A DNA stretch of 64,000 bases from a virus (Duplodnaviria > Caudoviricetes), in IMG/VR virus record IMGVR_UViG_3300025909_000005; one strand, given 5' to 3'. This document shows, in pieces, positions 17,657-27,232 of the stretch (its first letter is position 1; each line of letters begins with the position of its first letter). The translations under genes were made by a program, and so were the position numbers. The notes below the pieces were generated by a model. That model was not told the DNA's origin. It saw nothing but the letters and a program-made list of their open reading frames with translations, and did no database searches.

Positions 17657-17911
17657 ATGTCTACGACCGGTTTTACCAACGAACGAAACCCCACGCCTGC
17701 AACTCTCACAGAAGATGAGGAGCACGTCCGTCAAGAGCTGGCTACACTGAGCCAACAAATTCACGGCATTCGAAACGAGCTCCACGTCCTGGAGCTACGT
17801 CGCGCAGTCCTTCGAAACGACTGCGATCACCGCGTTTTCAACGATACTGAGGGCTTCCCCTACGACATGCGTCACTGCGTGGTCTGTGGCTCCTCCCTCG
17901 GACAGGTCTGA
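17657..17911 (+). CDS. hypothetical protein with coiled coil and C-terminal Cys motif
   Basis: CDH...CVVC. Confidence 0.65.
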   Translation: MSTTGFTNERNPTPATLTEDEEHVRQELATLSQQIHGIRNELHVLELRRAVLRNDCDHRVFNDTEGFPYDMRHCVVCGSSLGQV

Positions 17912-17914
17912 ACC

Positions 17915-18388
17915 ATGAAGAACACCAGCATCGAAGAGCTTCTCCCTCGAGTCCGCCGTGAGGTGCTGGAACTACGTGCCTCCTACTGGGACCCTCACTT
18001 TCAGCAGGGAATCAAGGAGGGACTCTCAGGTTTCGGCCTGAGCTTCATCACCAAGCGGATCGCACGCGACACAAGCGAGCGCCACTTCCGCTACAACAAG
18101 TACACTGAGGACGGTCGCCGACAGTACAACCAATCTCAGTATACGTCAGGCAGTCACAAGGCCCTCCGCGGCCACGTGCAAAAGTGCCTGTCAATCCTTG
18201 CGCGCGAAGGCGTCATGTATGGCCGGAACCATGCAGAAGGCGGCGTCCCGCGATACGCGCACGGCGAAACGGATAAGCGATTCCGAATCCGTATCACTCA
18301 GCAGCAAGCAATCGCGCGGCTTGCCAAGATGAAAGATCCGCTCCATGACGGACTTCGAAACACTCGGGCTGGTAGGAACGCCCACTGA
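17915..18388 (+). CDS. hypothetical basic protein
   Basis: ORF in operon. Confidence 0.6.
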   Translation: MKNTSIEELLPRVRREVLELRASYWDPHFQQGIKEGLSGFGLSFITKRIARDTSERHFRYNKYTEDGRRQYNQSQYTSGSHKALRGHVQKCLSILAREGVMYGRNHAEGGVPRYAHGETDKRFRIRITQQQAIARLAKMKDPLHDGLRNTRAGRNAH

Positions 18389-19310
18389 GAAAGAGATCAC
18401 TCGAGCTTACCGCAAGCTCGCAATGAAGCACCACCCCGACCGTGGGGGCGACGCCGAAAAGTTCAAGGCTCTCAGTGTGGCCTACGAAGCAGTGAAGAAC
18501 CGCGGGTGGAGGGATTCACCCAAGCCGGCACCTTCCTCCTTCGGTCGACCACCACCGCGCCCAAGCCACAGTCGCCAGCAACAGTGGACGAAGCCTGAGC
18601 CACCAGCTGGAACATGGCGTGATCCTAACGCCAAGCCGTGGAACCAGCACTCAAAGCCGGGCTACGCCGAGCCGAGTGGCTACGCGGGCTCAGAGACGAT
18701 GGACGACATCCTTCAGCAGATGAAGACGGCCAATCGTCGCGCTAACTTCCGTGCCAATCCTCCAGCTCCACCTGAACCCGTACGCGATGGCAACGGCCAT
18801 GAGGTCGTGTATGTGCCCATTCGAGAGGCCCACAGGGGCTGTAGCATGGTCGTTCGTGGTGCCAAGACGGTCACTCTCCCCGCCGGGGTTCCTGATGGTT
18901 ACCGACTCAACGCGAATGGAAGCACCTTTGTCATTCGTCTGGACCCAGGTGAGAACTTCCACGTGAAGGGACTCGGTGACGGCAACACGATCTTCACGGC
19001 TGGCATTTCAGCTGGTGACATGGAACTGGACCTCGAGGTCGATGCCATTGACCTCATCACTGGTGCCTGGATCAAGGTGAAGGACTTCCTAGGTGAGGAG
19101 CTTGGCGTTCGCATTCCACCTGGTCACGACCCACTGATGCGCCTGAAGGTGGCGAACAAGGGCTACAACGGTTGGATGCCAGAGGAGAAGCGGCCTGGCA
19201 ACTACCGCAAGGACCTCTACATCAAAGTCAAACCTATCTTCAAAGCTCCAGCAAACATTGAGCGTGATAAAATCATAAAGCTATACAACACCATACAAGG
19301 CATCCTATGA
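18345..19310 (+). CDS. DnaJ-family co-chaperone (J-domain, Pro-rich linker, DnaJ C-terminal-like domain)
   Basis: EITRAYRKLAMKHHPDRGGDAEKFKALSVAYE with HPD motif; GDMELDLEV...RLKVANKG resembles DnaJ C-terminal domain. Confidence 0.85.
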   Translation: MTDFETLGLVGTPTEKEITRAYRKLAMKHHPDRGGDAEKFKALSVAYEAVKNRGWRDSPKPAPSSFGRPPPRPSHSRQQQWTKPEPPAGTWRDPNAKPWNQHSKPGYAEPSGYAGSETMDDILQQMKTANRRANFRANPPAPPEPVRDGNGHEVVYVPIREAHRGCSMVVRGAKTVTLPAGVPDGYRLNANGSTFVIRLDPGENFHVKGLGDGNTIFTAGISAGDMELDLEVDAIDLITGAWIKVKDFLGEELGVRIPPGHDPLMRLKVANKGYNGWMPEEKRPGNYRKDLYIKVKPIFKAPANIERDKIIKLYNTIQGIL

Positions 19311-19612
19311 AGACCCGGTCCATGCATGCAGACAAGTTCACCAGCATCCTCGTGAACTGTCTGTTCGCTGCTCTCTTTCAGCTGTTGTGGGGTCTCTTCA
19401 CAACGCTCACGCCAGGCGAGTCAGGCATCATCTTCCTGATCTTCTATGCCTGCTTCACGGCCATGGACTACGTGCGCGAGCTCAACGCGAAGCTCACGCT
19501 CAGCAACAACCTCAGTGCCCGCATTCTCGAGACTCTTGGCGACGTAGACTTCGTTGAGGAAGAGTTCGAGGAAGCAGGTGTAGAACGCGGTGAAGACGAC
19601 CTGGTGCTGTGA
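19307..19612 (+). CDS. membrane protein
   Basis: Two TM segments, acidic tail. Confidence 0.65.
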   Translation: MKTRSMHADKFTSILVNCLFAALFQLLWGLFTTLTPGESGIIFLIFYACFTAMDYVRELNAKLTLSNNLSARILETLGDVDFVEEEFEEAGVERGEDDLVL

Positions 19613-20193
19613 TGCTCGAGCTCCACGTGCCCGAGTACCAAGGCCTGCTGAAGGTCATCTCAGGTGGACAGGACGGAGCTGATGAGGGTGGTCTGATCGG
19701 TGCAAAGCTCATGGGCCTGCCAACTGGTGGTACCGCCCCGAAGAACTTTCGCACCGACCGGGGTCCGCGACCAGACCAAGCAGAGCGCTATGGACTTGTC
19801 GAACACACGTCCTATGCGTACCCTCCGAGGACACTGGTGAATGTCCGTGACAGTGATGGTACCCTCATCATTGCCTGCAACCCGAACTCACCAGGCTGCG
19901 CCCTCACGCAGAAGTACTGCAAGGAGAACGGCAAGCCCTTCAAGATTCTCAAGGCGGACCGTGACCGCAGCTGGGCTGAGGAAGATCTGTGGATGATGAA
20001 GTCCATTGAGGAAGCTGCCGAGTGGCTGAAAGAACACAACATCCGCGTCCTCAACGTTGCTGGCAACCGTGACAAGCTCGGTCCGCGTGACCGCTTCCAC
20101 GAAGTCACAGCAAAGTACATCGTGTCCTTCCTGATTGCAGAGGTCAATGACCTTCCACTGCCGAGCATGGAAGCGCTCAACGAGTTACAATAG
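19609..20193 (+). CDS. SLOG-superfamily protein (circularly permuted YpsA, 'putative molybdenum carrier' family)
   Basis: KVISGGQDGADEGGL, YPPRTLVNVRDSDGTLI, IRVLNVAGNR. Confidence 0.8.
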   Translation: MMLELHVPEYQGLLKVISGGQDGADEGGLIGAKLMGLPTGGTAPKNFRTDRGPRPDQAERYGLVEHTSYAYPPRTLVNVRDSDGTLIIACNPNSPGCALTQKYCKENGKPFKILKADRDRSWAEEDLWMMKSIEEAAEWLKEHNIRVLNVAGNRDKLGPRDRFHEVTAKYIVSFLIAEVNDLPLPSMEALNELQ

Positions 20194-20197
20194 ACAC

Positions 20198-20719
20198 ATG
20201 AAAGAAAAATCGAAGTTCCTCTCATATCTCCTGCGTCACAAGCCGGAGAAGGCCAACCTCGTCCTTGACAAGGAAGGTTGGACAGACGTCGCCACGCTCA
20301 TCAAGAACGCGAAGTTCACTCTTGCCGAACTGCAAGAGATCGTTCGCACTGACGAGAAGGGTCGCTACTCCTTCAGCCCAGACGGCACAAAGATTCGCGC
20401 AAACCAGGGCCACAGCACGAAGTCTGTGCGCATGACCTTCGACCGCGCGGTCCCTCCACCAGTCCTCTATCACGGCACGTCGATTGACAACATTGCTCGC
20501 GTGATGAAGGAGGGGTTGAAGCCAATGAACCGCCATCATGTGCACCTGTCATCCAATCGCGATACCGCGCAGGACGTGGCTGGTCGCCGGAAGGGTGAGA
20601 CGACTGTGCTTGAGATCAATACCGCGGCGATGCTCAAGGACGGCATCCAGTTCTACCGTTCCGAGAACAACGTGTGGCTTGTTGACCACGTTGACCCCAA
20701 GTACTTTGAAAGAAAATAA
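20198..20719 (+). CDS. kptA: NAD-dependent RNA 2'-phosphotransferase (Tpt1/KptA)
   Basis: SKFLSYLLRH, GRY, IRANQGHS, LYHGT, GLKPMNRHHVHLS, NNVWL. Confidence 0.92.
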   Translation: MKEKSKFLSYLLRHKPEKANLVLDKEGWTDVATLIKNAKFTLAELQEIVRTDEKGRYSFSPDGTKIRANQGHSTKSVRMTFDRAVPPPVLYHGTSIDNIARVMKEGLKPMNRHHVHLSSNRDTAQDVAGRRKGETTVLEINTAAMLKDGIQFYRSENNVWLVDHVDPKYFERK

Positions 20720-20721
20720 GA

Positions 20722-21693
20722 ATGATGATTCGTGAATTCATGGCACCTGTCGTTCCCAAGGTAGTCGACCCCGACTGCCATGAAGAAGGTCCTCGCAACT
20801 GGGAGTTCCAGTACCTTGACCTGATCGGTGACATCCTTATGAATGGTGACGACCGAGTCGATCGCACTGGTGTCGGCACGCGAGCCCTCTTCGGCCGCAC
20901 GCTTGACATTAAGCTCAAGAACGGCTTTCCAATTCCGTGGACAAAGCGCCTGGCCCTCCGTCCCGTCGTGTCTGAACTCCTCTGGTTCCTCGAAGGTTCT
21001 GGTGACGAGCGCCGTCTGGCAGAGATTCTGCACGGTACACGTGACGCAGAGAAGAAGACCATTTGGACCGCGAACGCCCAAGCCGACTACTGGAAGCCGA
21101 AGGCCAAGTTCGATGGTGACCTTGGTCGAGTCTACGGCGTGCAATGGCGCGATTGGCAGACATACACGAAGGATGATCTGAGCAATGAGTGGGTTCCTGC
21201 TATCGCTGTCGATCAGGTCGCAGAGCTCATCAAGAAGCTCAAGACGAATCCTACCGACCGTCGCATGATCATCTCTGCCTGGAACGTCGGTGAAATCGGG
21301 CAGATGGCCCTGCCGCCCTGCCACATGATGGCGCAGTTCTTCGTTGCGAACAACGAGCTCTCCTGTCAGATGTACCAGCGCTCGGTCGACTCGATGCTCG
21401 GCCTGCCCTTCAACATTGCCTCATACGCTCTCCTGACCCACATGCTGGCTCAGGTCTGTGGTCTCGGTGTTGATCGCCTGATCATGAACCTCGGTGACGT
21501 GCACATCTACAGCAATCACTTCATCGGTGCGATGGAGCAGCTCGAACGTGGCTACCAAATCCCCGAGGTCGAACCTACTCCTGTCGTGCTGAAGATGGAC
21601 GACGTGAAGAACCTCGAGGACTTCACGATGGATTCGTTCAACTTCCAGTTCTACGATCCGCTTCCTGCAATCAAAATGGACATGGCTGTATGA
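20722..21693 (+). CDS. thyA: thymidylate synthase
   Basis: ELLWFLEG, GRVYGVQWR, RRMIISAWN, LPPCH, YQRSVD, LPFNIASY, GDVHIY. Confidence 0.95.
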   Translation: MMIREFMAPVVPKVVDPDCHEEGPRNWEFQYLDLIGDILMNGDDRVDRTGVGTRALFGRTLDIKLKNGFPIPWTKRLALRPVVSELLWFLEGSGDERRLAEILHGTRDAEKKTIWTANAQADYWKPKAKFDGDLGRVYGVQWRDWQTYTKDDLSNEWVPAIAVDQVAELIKKLKTNPTDRRMIISAWNVGEIGQMALPPCHMMAQFFVANNELSCQMYQRSVDSMLGLPFNIASYALLTHMLAQVCGLGVDRLIMNLGDVHIYSNHFIGAMEQLERGYQIPEVEPTPVVLKMDDVKNLEDFTMDSFNFQFYDPLPAIKMDMAV

Positions 21694-21956
21694 TCTGGAT
21701 TCTGCTCGCCTCGGCCCTCGTTGTCTACCTAGTCTGGGATGAACTCCGACTGGAAAGACAGGACTATGAAAAGGGACAGGCCCATCCTCAGGATGGAGCC
21801 GATGAGTGGGCGAGCGGACACCGATGGAAGATCGTCCCAGAAGAACGGTCAGGCCCACCCGCCCTCTACGATGCCACGACACCGATGACCGATGCAGAGG
21901 TACTTGACATGCTTGAGAAGCACTACGGCGGTACACGAGAACATGGGACAGACTGA
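21690..21956 (+). CDS. hypothetical protein with N-terminal TM/signal
   Basis: ATGA overlap. Confidence 0.6.
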   Translation: MIWILLASALVVYLVWDELRLERQDYEKGQAHPQDGADEWASGHRWKIVPEERSGPPALYDATTPMTDAEVLDMLEKHYGGTREHGTD

Positions 21957-22297
21957 TGGGACACTACGCAGCTGAAATGGAAAGCACTCCTGATCCTGAT
22001 TGGAAAGAGAAGGAGGCAGTTCGCAAGGCAAAGGAAGCCAGGAAGTTCATCGTCGCCGATGACTGGACCATCATGAAGGTTGGGGAGTTCGACAAGAAAC
22101 ACTCAACGATCAAGATGAAGTGGGGCACGATGCCAATGAGCCCGTACATCGCACGACATGGCAAGAAGTTGTTCGACACCAAACAGGAAGCCTACGAGTA
22201 CCGCCAAAAGGAACTTGAGCTGACCATCAAGCACTACAAGAAGCACATCAAGCACCTCAAAGAGCTCCATGATCTTCCGCCACCTTCGACCGATTGA
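21956..22297 (+). CDS. hypothetical protein
   Basis: TGATG coupling. Confidence 0.65.
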   Translation: MGHYAAEMESTPDPDWKEKEAVRKAKEARKFIVADDWTIMKVGEFDKKHSTIKMKWGTMPMSPYIARHGKKLFDTKQEAYEYRQKELELTIKHYKKHIKHLKELHDLPPPSTD

Positions 22298-22706
22298 GTA
22301 CAACACTCACCGCCAAAACGTCGAGATCAAGCTGGTCTCGACGATTCCTGGCATCTGCTTCTGCGTAGAGGAAGAAGATGGAAACATCTTCTCCATCCAG
22401 GTCTACGTTTGGCGAAGTGAGTCTCCTGACGGCTACACGCAGTACCACAAGGGAATTGCGCGTCGTGAAGTGATGAAGCAGGAGAAGCACCAGCTTGATG
22501 TTCGGTGCCTGAAGGACCTCTCTGCCTGGTCCATCGCGAACGTGATGAGACACCTTCCGCAGTACGCGCACGCCATCAACCTACTTGACGTGAACCACGC
22601 GCAAGCTCTCCAAGAAGAAGCTCACGCCATCGAGATCTTCAAGGCCATGAACATCGCGCAGCGCTACGAATCACTTTCACATCGAGACTCCTATGATGAA
22701 GACTAA
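22269..22706 (+). CDS. hypothetical protein
   Basis: ORF in operon. Confidence 0.6.
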   Translation: MIFRHLRPIEYNTHRQNVEIKLVSTIPGICFCVEEEDGNIFSIQVYVWRSESPDGYTQYHKGIARREVMKQEKHQLDVRCLKDLSAWSIANVMRHLPQYAHAINLLDVNHAQALQEEAHAIEIFKAMNIAQRYESLSHRDSYDED

Positions 22707-23220
22707 CACGGGCTTCATGCTCAACGATGCCAAGAGCGGCATCATTTGCCACCAGGTGAACTGTCAAGGCGTGATGGGTTCTGGTATTGCGCTCGCGATC
22801 CGCAACAAGTGGCCCATCGTGTTTGAAGAGTACAAGAAGTACGTTGACAAGAAGTTGGCATTTGATGGATGGAGTGGTGGCGCTCCTGATGCCGACAGCC
22901 TCCTAGGTGGCTTCCTCCCAGTTCAAGTTGATGACAACCTCTGGGTCGGCAATCTCTTCTCGCAGTGCTCATACGGCCGGAACCCAGCCGCGCAGCGGTT
23001 CGGCCGCTACACCTCGTATGACGCGCTGGACATCTGTTTCAGGAACGTAGCAACATGGGCAACCGTCATGGAGGGCGATGAGGTCGTTCTTCGTGAGGTC
23101 CACTACCCGCAGATCGGTTGCGGACTGGGTGGCGGTGACTGGTCCATCGTTTCGAAGATCATCGACGTCCGGCTTGATACAATACCTCATACGTATTGGG
23201 AATACAAGAAGACCGCCTGA
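22693..23220 (+). CDS. macrodomain protein (Poa1p/TARG1-like ADP-ribose hydrolase)
   Basis: ICHQVNCQGVMGSGIA, GNLFSQ, YPQIGCGLGGGDW. Confidence 0.85.
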   Translation: MMKTNTGFMLNDAKSGIICHQVNCQGVMGSGIALAIRNKWPIVFEEYKKYVDKKLAFDGWSGGAPDADSLLGGFLPVQVDDNLWVGNLFSQCSYGRNPAAQRFGRYTSYDALDICFRNVATWATVMEGDEVVLREVHYPQIGCGLGGGDWSIVSKIIDVRLDTIPHTYWEYKKTA

Positions 23221-23275
23221 AATAACCAAAGAGGCAAAGAGTAACAAGTGCACCACACGAGATCAGCCATGAAGC

Positions 23276-24166
23276 ATGATCCCGTTCGATCCTACAGACA
23301 AGACACACAAAGACGCAGGCCGTGATTGGCTCATCAAGAACGCGAGCTTCACTCAAACGGAACCTCTCCTCGAGGCAGTTCGGGACAAGTGGTTCACGCG
23401 CGCGACGAAGGCCACCTTCAAACGCCACTACAACCGCTTCGTGAACTCGTACCCATTCGAGGCGCAGAAGATCTCAAAGTTCCGACCAGATGGTGTTGGG
23501 CCAGGAGAGATGATCGCCTGGTTCCTGTTTGACAATGTCACACTTGGTGGCAGGAACGGTGACATCGACGTGCTCGTGAACAACCGTCCATTCGCGGAGT
23601 TCAAGGCAGGCCAACTTCACAAGACGCACAACTCGGTTGACAACTTCAAGATCACCAAGGACGGGGATCCCTCAGTTGGTCAGATCATGCAAGACCTCTA
23701 CAGCTGGGCGAATGCCTACGAGGAGATGAGCGGGATGAAGATGAGGACCTCATCAATCTCTGCCAAGTTCCTCGAGGCTAACCTGAACCAGAAGATTCAG
23801 CTTCCGAAGCTGTCTCATGTTCCAGTCATGGTCCACAAGGAAAGCTTGAGCATCTGTGACCTGGATGGTGAGGTAATCTCTTCCCTTTTGGAGGTTGATC
23901 TACGCGACAGGATTGAGGATTTTGTGCTCAATTTTCCCGATCCGGCTGTAGATAATAGCATATCGACCTTCAAGAAGATTGTGACACGATGGCGAAAGCA
24001 GGCTTACAAGGACGCAGTCCAAGGCAAGAACTTCGCAGTTGTGAACAAGGATAACTTGATGATGATGTACTTCGGTCAGCTGACCGAAGGGAATATCGGG
24101 CTCTACAGAATCCACCGAAACCAACCATGGGCCCGGATTTACTTGCCATCGGCAAGGGCGACTTGA
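23276..24166 (+). CDS. putative PD-(D/E)xK nuclease-fold protein
   Basis: GVGPGE...GDIDVLVNNRPFAEFKAG gives a D-x(n)-E-x-K motif. Confidence 0.4.
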   Translation: MIPFDPTDKTHKDAGRDWLIKNASFTQTEPLLEAVRDKWFTRATKATFKRHYNRFVNSYPFEAQKISKFRPDGVGPGEMIAWFLFDNVTLGGRNGDIDVLVNNRPFAEFKAGQLHKTHNSVDNFKITKDGDPSVGQIMQDLYSWANAYEEMSGMKMRTSSISAKFLEANLNQKIQLPKLSHVPVMVHKESLSICDLDGEVISSLLEVDLRDRIEDFVLNFPDPAVDNSISTFKKIVTRWRKQAYKDAVQGKNFAVVNKDNLMMMYFGQLTEGNIGLYRIHRNQPWARIYLPSARAT

Positions 24167-24175
24167 GTAGAAAGT

Positions 24176-24358
24176 ATGGGCGAACACATCGACAACCGTG
24201 CAAAGAGCAAGAAGAAGAAGGGTTTCAACGAGAACGTTGACCCGAAACTGGCTCGTGCACGTCGTGTAACCTTCAAGAACTACCTGCGGGAGCAGGAAGA
24301 AGAGTTGCTTGAAGCAGACCTCGACACCGATCTAGACGACGAAGACGCCGACGAGTAA
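24176..24358 (+). CDS. small protein, basic N-terminus and acidic C-terminus
   Basis: Complete ORF in intergenic gap. Confidence 0.6.
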   Translation: MGEHIDNRAKSKKKKGFNENVDPKLARARRVTFKNYLREQEEELLEADLDTDLDDEDADE

Positions 24359-24382
24359 AAACCATCCTGCTACCACCTCACA

Positions 24383-24388
24383 TAAATA
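24383..24388 (+). promoter_or_regulatory. late promoter TAAATA
   Basis: cATAAATAgg, intergenic, at the head of the structural block. Confidence 0.65.
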
Positions 24389-24412
24389 GGTGGTAATCCA
24401 CAGGATGGCTAA

Positions 24413-24907
24413 ATGCTGGTCGTACCACTCAAAGGCGATAAGATCGAGACGAGGGACGGTGTCTCTTTCACCGTTCTCTCATACACCAATTACCGAGATA
24501 AGGGCCCGGCCGTTTACGTCGAGCACACTCCTGCGGTACCGTCTGACGCCGTCTATTTCTTCGACATCAGCAAGATCAACGGCAAGCCCGTTGAGTTCAT
24601 CAAGGGTGCGAAGGTCTTCAAGGCGCTTGGTCCAATCAAGCGGAAGTGGCAGCTCCCCCAACCTAACGACATCGTCACGTACCGTGGACAAGGCGGCTCA
24701 TCTGAAGCCGTTGTCAAGAGCCTGAAGCTGCACAAGCGAGGCGACCTGGCCAAGGGATTGGTCATCATGGGAACCGATCGAGACACTGATGAGCAGGTGA
24801 TGATTCGCCTTGCACAGGTAATCGACCTGAAGCGTGACATCGGAAACGATCTGTTCTCGAGGGACAAGTTCCTCGCCTACTACGCTGACTACCAAGGTGC
24901 TCGCTGA
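24413..24907 (+). CDS. hypothetical late protein
   Basis: AGGA SD, after late promoter. Confidence 0.7.
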   Translation: MLVVPLKGDKIETRDGVSFTVLSYTNYRDKGPAVYVEHTPAVPSDAVYFFDISKINGKPVEFIKGAKVFKALGPIKRKWQLPQPNDIVTYRGQGGSSEAVVKSLKLHKRGDLAKGLVIMGTDRDTDEQVMIRLAQVIDLKRDIGNDLFSRDKFLAYYADYQGAR

Positions 24908-25116
24908 TGAAATCCCTGCTCAATGAGCTCGACCAGAATGCTGGCAAGACCGCATACCAGACCTACACCATCACTCACGGCATCGAAGAGATTCGGGTGC
25001 TCGTACCGCTGACGGAGGTCAAGAACTTCGAGGTGGAGTTCAACGCCAACAAGGGCAAGTCAAAGGACGCGCTGCTTGAAATCGTCACACGCCTCAACGG
25101 CAAGATCAAGGGCTAA
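24907..25116 (+). CDS. hypothetical protein
   Basis: TGATG coupling. Confidence 0.65.
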   Translation: MKSLLNELDQNAGKTAYQTYTITHGIEEIRVLVPLTEVKNFEVEFNANKGKSKDALLEIVTRLNGKIKG

Positions 25117-25118
25117 GC

Positions 25119-25763
25119 ATGTTCATCAAGCAGCTCTTCTCAAACAATGCCGTTTCTCTGCTCAAGACGGGCATTTCACCATCTGATACGATCCTCACGG
25201 TTCTACCAGGTCACGGTGACCTGTTCCCAACTCCGCAGGCCAACGAGTACTTTGCTGTCACGCTTGAAGATCAAGCGGCCACAGTTCGTGAAATCATTCA
25301 CGTTACGGCCCGCTCTGGTGACGTCTTCACAGTTGAACGCGGTGCAGAAGGAACGGAAGCTCTTGCCTGGTCTGCAACGGCTGGCAACGATACACTCGTC
25401 GATCACCGCATCACGGCAGATACCCTCTACCGCCTTGACAACGAATACCTGAACCTTCCAGACTGGCCGAGCCTGACCTCTTACAAGGAGGCCCTTGACT
25501 ACCTCTTGAACGGTAACCCTACATCTGGTGGTCAAGCCATCGATGTGGACGTGACAACTGCGGTAGACGGCCTTGAAACGGTCGTCTCACTTCCTTCTGC
25601 CTACAAGCCAAACACGACTGCTGTCTACATTGGCGGCGTGCGGCAGAAGCGCGGAGTTGACTTCCTAGAATCTGGTCCTGCTGAACTCCGCCTGCAATTC
25701 ACTCTCACAGATGAGCAGATCGCTGAAGGGCAAAACGTAGTTGTAGATTACGTCGTTGCATAA
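25119..25763 (+). CDS. putative virion/tail-associated protein
   Basis: FSNNAVSLL...EIIHVTARSGDVFTVERGAEGT N-terminus typical of phage fibre-associated proteins. Confidence 0.6.
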   Translation: MFIKQLFSNNAVSLLKTGISPSDTILTVLPGHGDLFPTPQANEYFAVTLEDQAATVREIIHVTARSGDVFTVERGAEGTEALAWSATAGNDTLVDHRITADTLYRLDNEYLNLPDWPSLTSYKEALDYLLNGNPTSGGQAIDVDVTTAVDGLETVVSLPSAYKPNTTAVYIGGVRQKRGVDFLESGPAELRLQFTLTDEQIAEGQNVVVDYVVA

Positions 25764-25776
25764 GAGACAGATCCCA

Positions 25777-25782
25777 TAAATA
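25777..25782 (+). promoter_or_regulatory. late promoter TAAATA
   Basis: cATAAATAt, 40 nt before fibre gene. Confidence 0.65.
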
Positions 25783-25822
25783 TCGCAACGGCTCGATTCA
25801 ACTCTTACCCTAAGGTGACAAC

Positions 25823-27223
25823 ATGGCACTAACCAAGATTCGCGGTAATACACAGGTTCTTGACCTGTCGATCACCAACTCCCAAATCGCCGACAAGGAT
25901 GCAAGCAATCCAGATGGCATTCTGCTCAGCAAGATCCAGGACGGTGACCTGCTGGTCAAGTCTGACGGTTCGGTAGCCTTCACTTCCCCTGTCTCTGGCG
26001 TCACGCCAACTCAAGACGGCCAGCTCGCAACGAAGGGCTACGTCGATGGCGTTGCTCAAGGTCTTGACGTCAAGGCCTCTGTTCGAGCAGTTGCTCAAAG
26101 CAACGTCACGATGTCTGGTACGCAGACGGTCGACGGCGTTTCACTGAACGTCGGTGACCGCGTCCTCCTCGCCGGCCAAACCAACAACGTCCAGAACGGC
26201 ATCTACGTCGTTTCCGCTGGTGCTTGGACACGCTCACCAGACGCAACAACGAACGCTGACGTTACTCCAGGCCTGTTCACCTTTGTTGAAGAAGGCTCGG
26301 TCGCTCAAGGCACAGGCTGGGTTCTGACCTCGACTGGTCCAACAACCCTCGGCACGACCCCACTGCCATTCACCCAGTTCTCTTCTGCAGGTATCACGAA
26401 CCCTGGCGCAGGTCTGACAAAGACTGGCAATACGCTTGACGTCGTCTCGTCAAACGGCGGTATCGTCGTCACTGCTGACGCCATCGCGCTGACGCTGGCT
26501 GACAGCACCCTTGCAATTGACGCAGGCGGTCTGAAGCTTGCTTCACTGGCTGAAGGCAACATCCTCATCGGTAGCGCTGGCGGTGTTGCAACTGCTCAAG
26601 CTGTTTCTGGTGATGCAACCCTGGCTGCTGATGGTACTCTCACCATCGGTACCGGTGCAGTCACGAACGCAAAGCTCGCTGGCAACATCTCCCTTGACAA
26701 GCTCGCCTCTGGTACCGCTGGTCAAGTCATCGTTGCAAACGGCTCTGGCGTTCCAACGTACACGTCCCTGACTGGTGACGTCACGATCTCCAGCTCTGGC
26801 GTTACGACGATTGCCAACGACGCAGTCACTACCGTCAAGGTTCAGGACGGCGCAGTCACGCTGGCCAAGCTCGTTGCTCTCGATGACGCTAAGTTCGTCG
26901 TTGGTACTGGCGCTGGCAACGCACAGGTTGCGATCACTGGTGACGTCACTGTTTCGAACGCCGGTGTTGCCACGGTTGACAGCTCCGTTGTTGTCAAGGT
27001 TGCAGACGTTATCACTCGCGAAACGCCAACTGGCGCCGTTGATGGTACCAACCCAACGTTCGTTCTTGCCAACACGCCGAAGACGGGCACGGAACACGTG
27101 TACCTCAACGGCCTCCTGATGGATGCAGGTAGCGGTAACGACTACTCGATCGCTGGCGACACGATCACATTCACATTCAACCCACAAACGGGTGACAAGA
27201 TCCGAGTGTCCTACTTCAAGTAA
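25823..27223 (+). CDS. fibre-like virion structural protein
   Basis: LATKGYVD...GLDVKASVR...GDRVLL...QNGIYVV...W.RSPDA; Gly/Ala/Thr-rich repeats. Confidence 0.75.
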   Translation: MALTKIRGNTQVLDLSITNSQIADKDASNPDGILLSKIQDGDLLVKSDGSVAFTSPVSGVTPTQDGQLATKGYVDGVAQGLDVKASVRAVAQSNVTMSGTQTVDGVSLNVGDRVLLAGQTNNVQNGIYVVSAGAWTRSPDATTNADVTPGLFTFVEEGSVAQGTGWVLTSTGPTTLGTTPLPFTQFSSAGITNPGAGLTKTGNTLDVVSSNGGIVVTADAIALTLADSTLAIDAGGLKLASLAEGNILIGSAGGVATAQAVSGDATLAADGTLTIGTGAVTNAKLAGNISLDKLASGTAGQVIVANGSGVPTYTSLTGDVTISSSGVTTIANDAVTTVKVQDGAVTLAKLVALDDAKFVVGTGAGNAQVAITGDVTVSNAGVATVDSSVVVKVADVITRETPTGAVDGTNPTFVLANTPKTGTEHVYLNGLLMDAGSGNDYSIAGDTITFTFNPQTGDKIRVSYFK

Positions 27224-27232
27224 TCGACTTGA

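Noticed and set aside
20722-21693. ThyA as the dCMP hydroxymethylase for the modification pathway
   Set aside because: It keeps the dUMP-specifying Asn (PFNIASY) and all canonical ThyA motifs, so it is an ordinary thymidylate synthase
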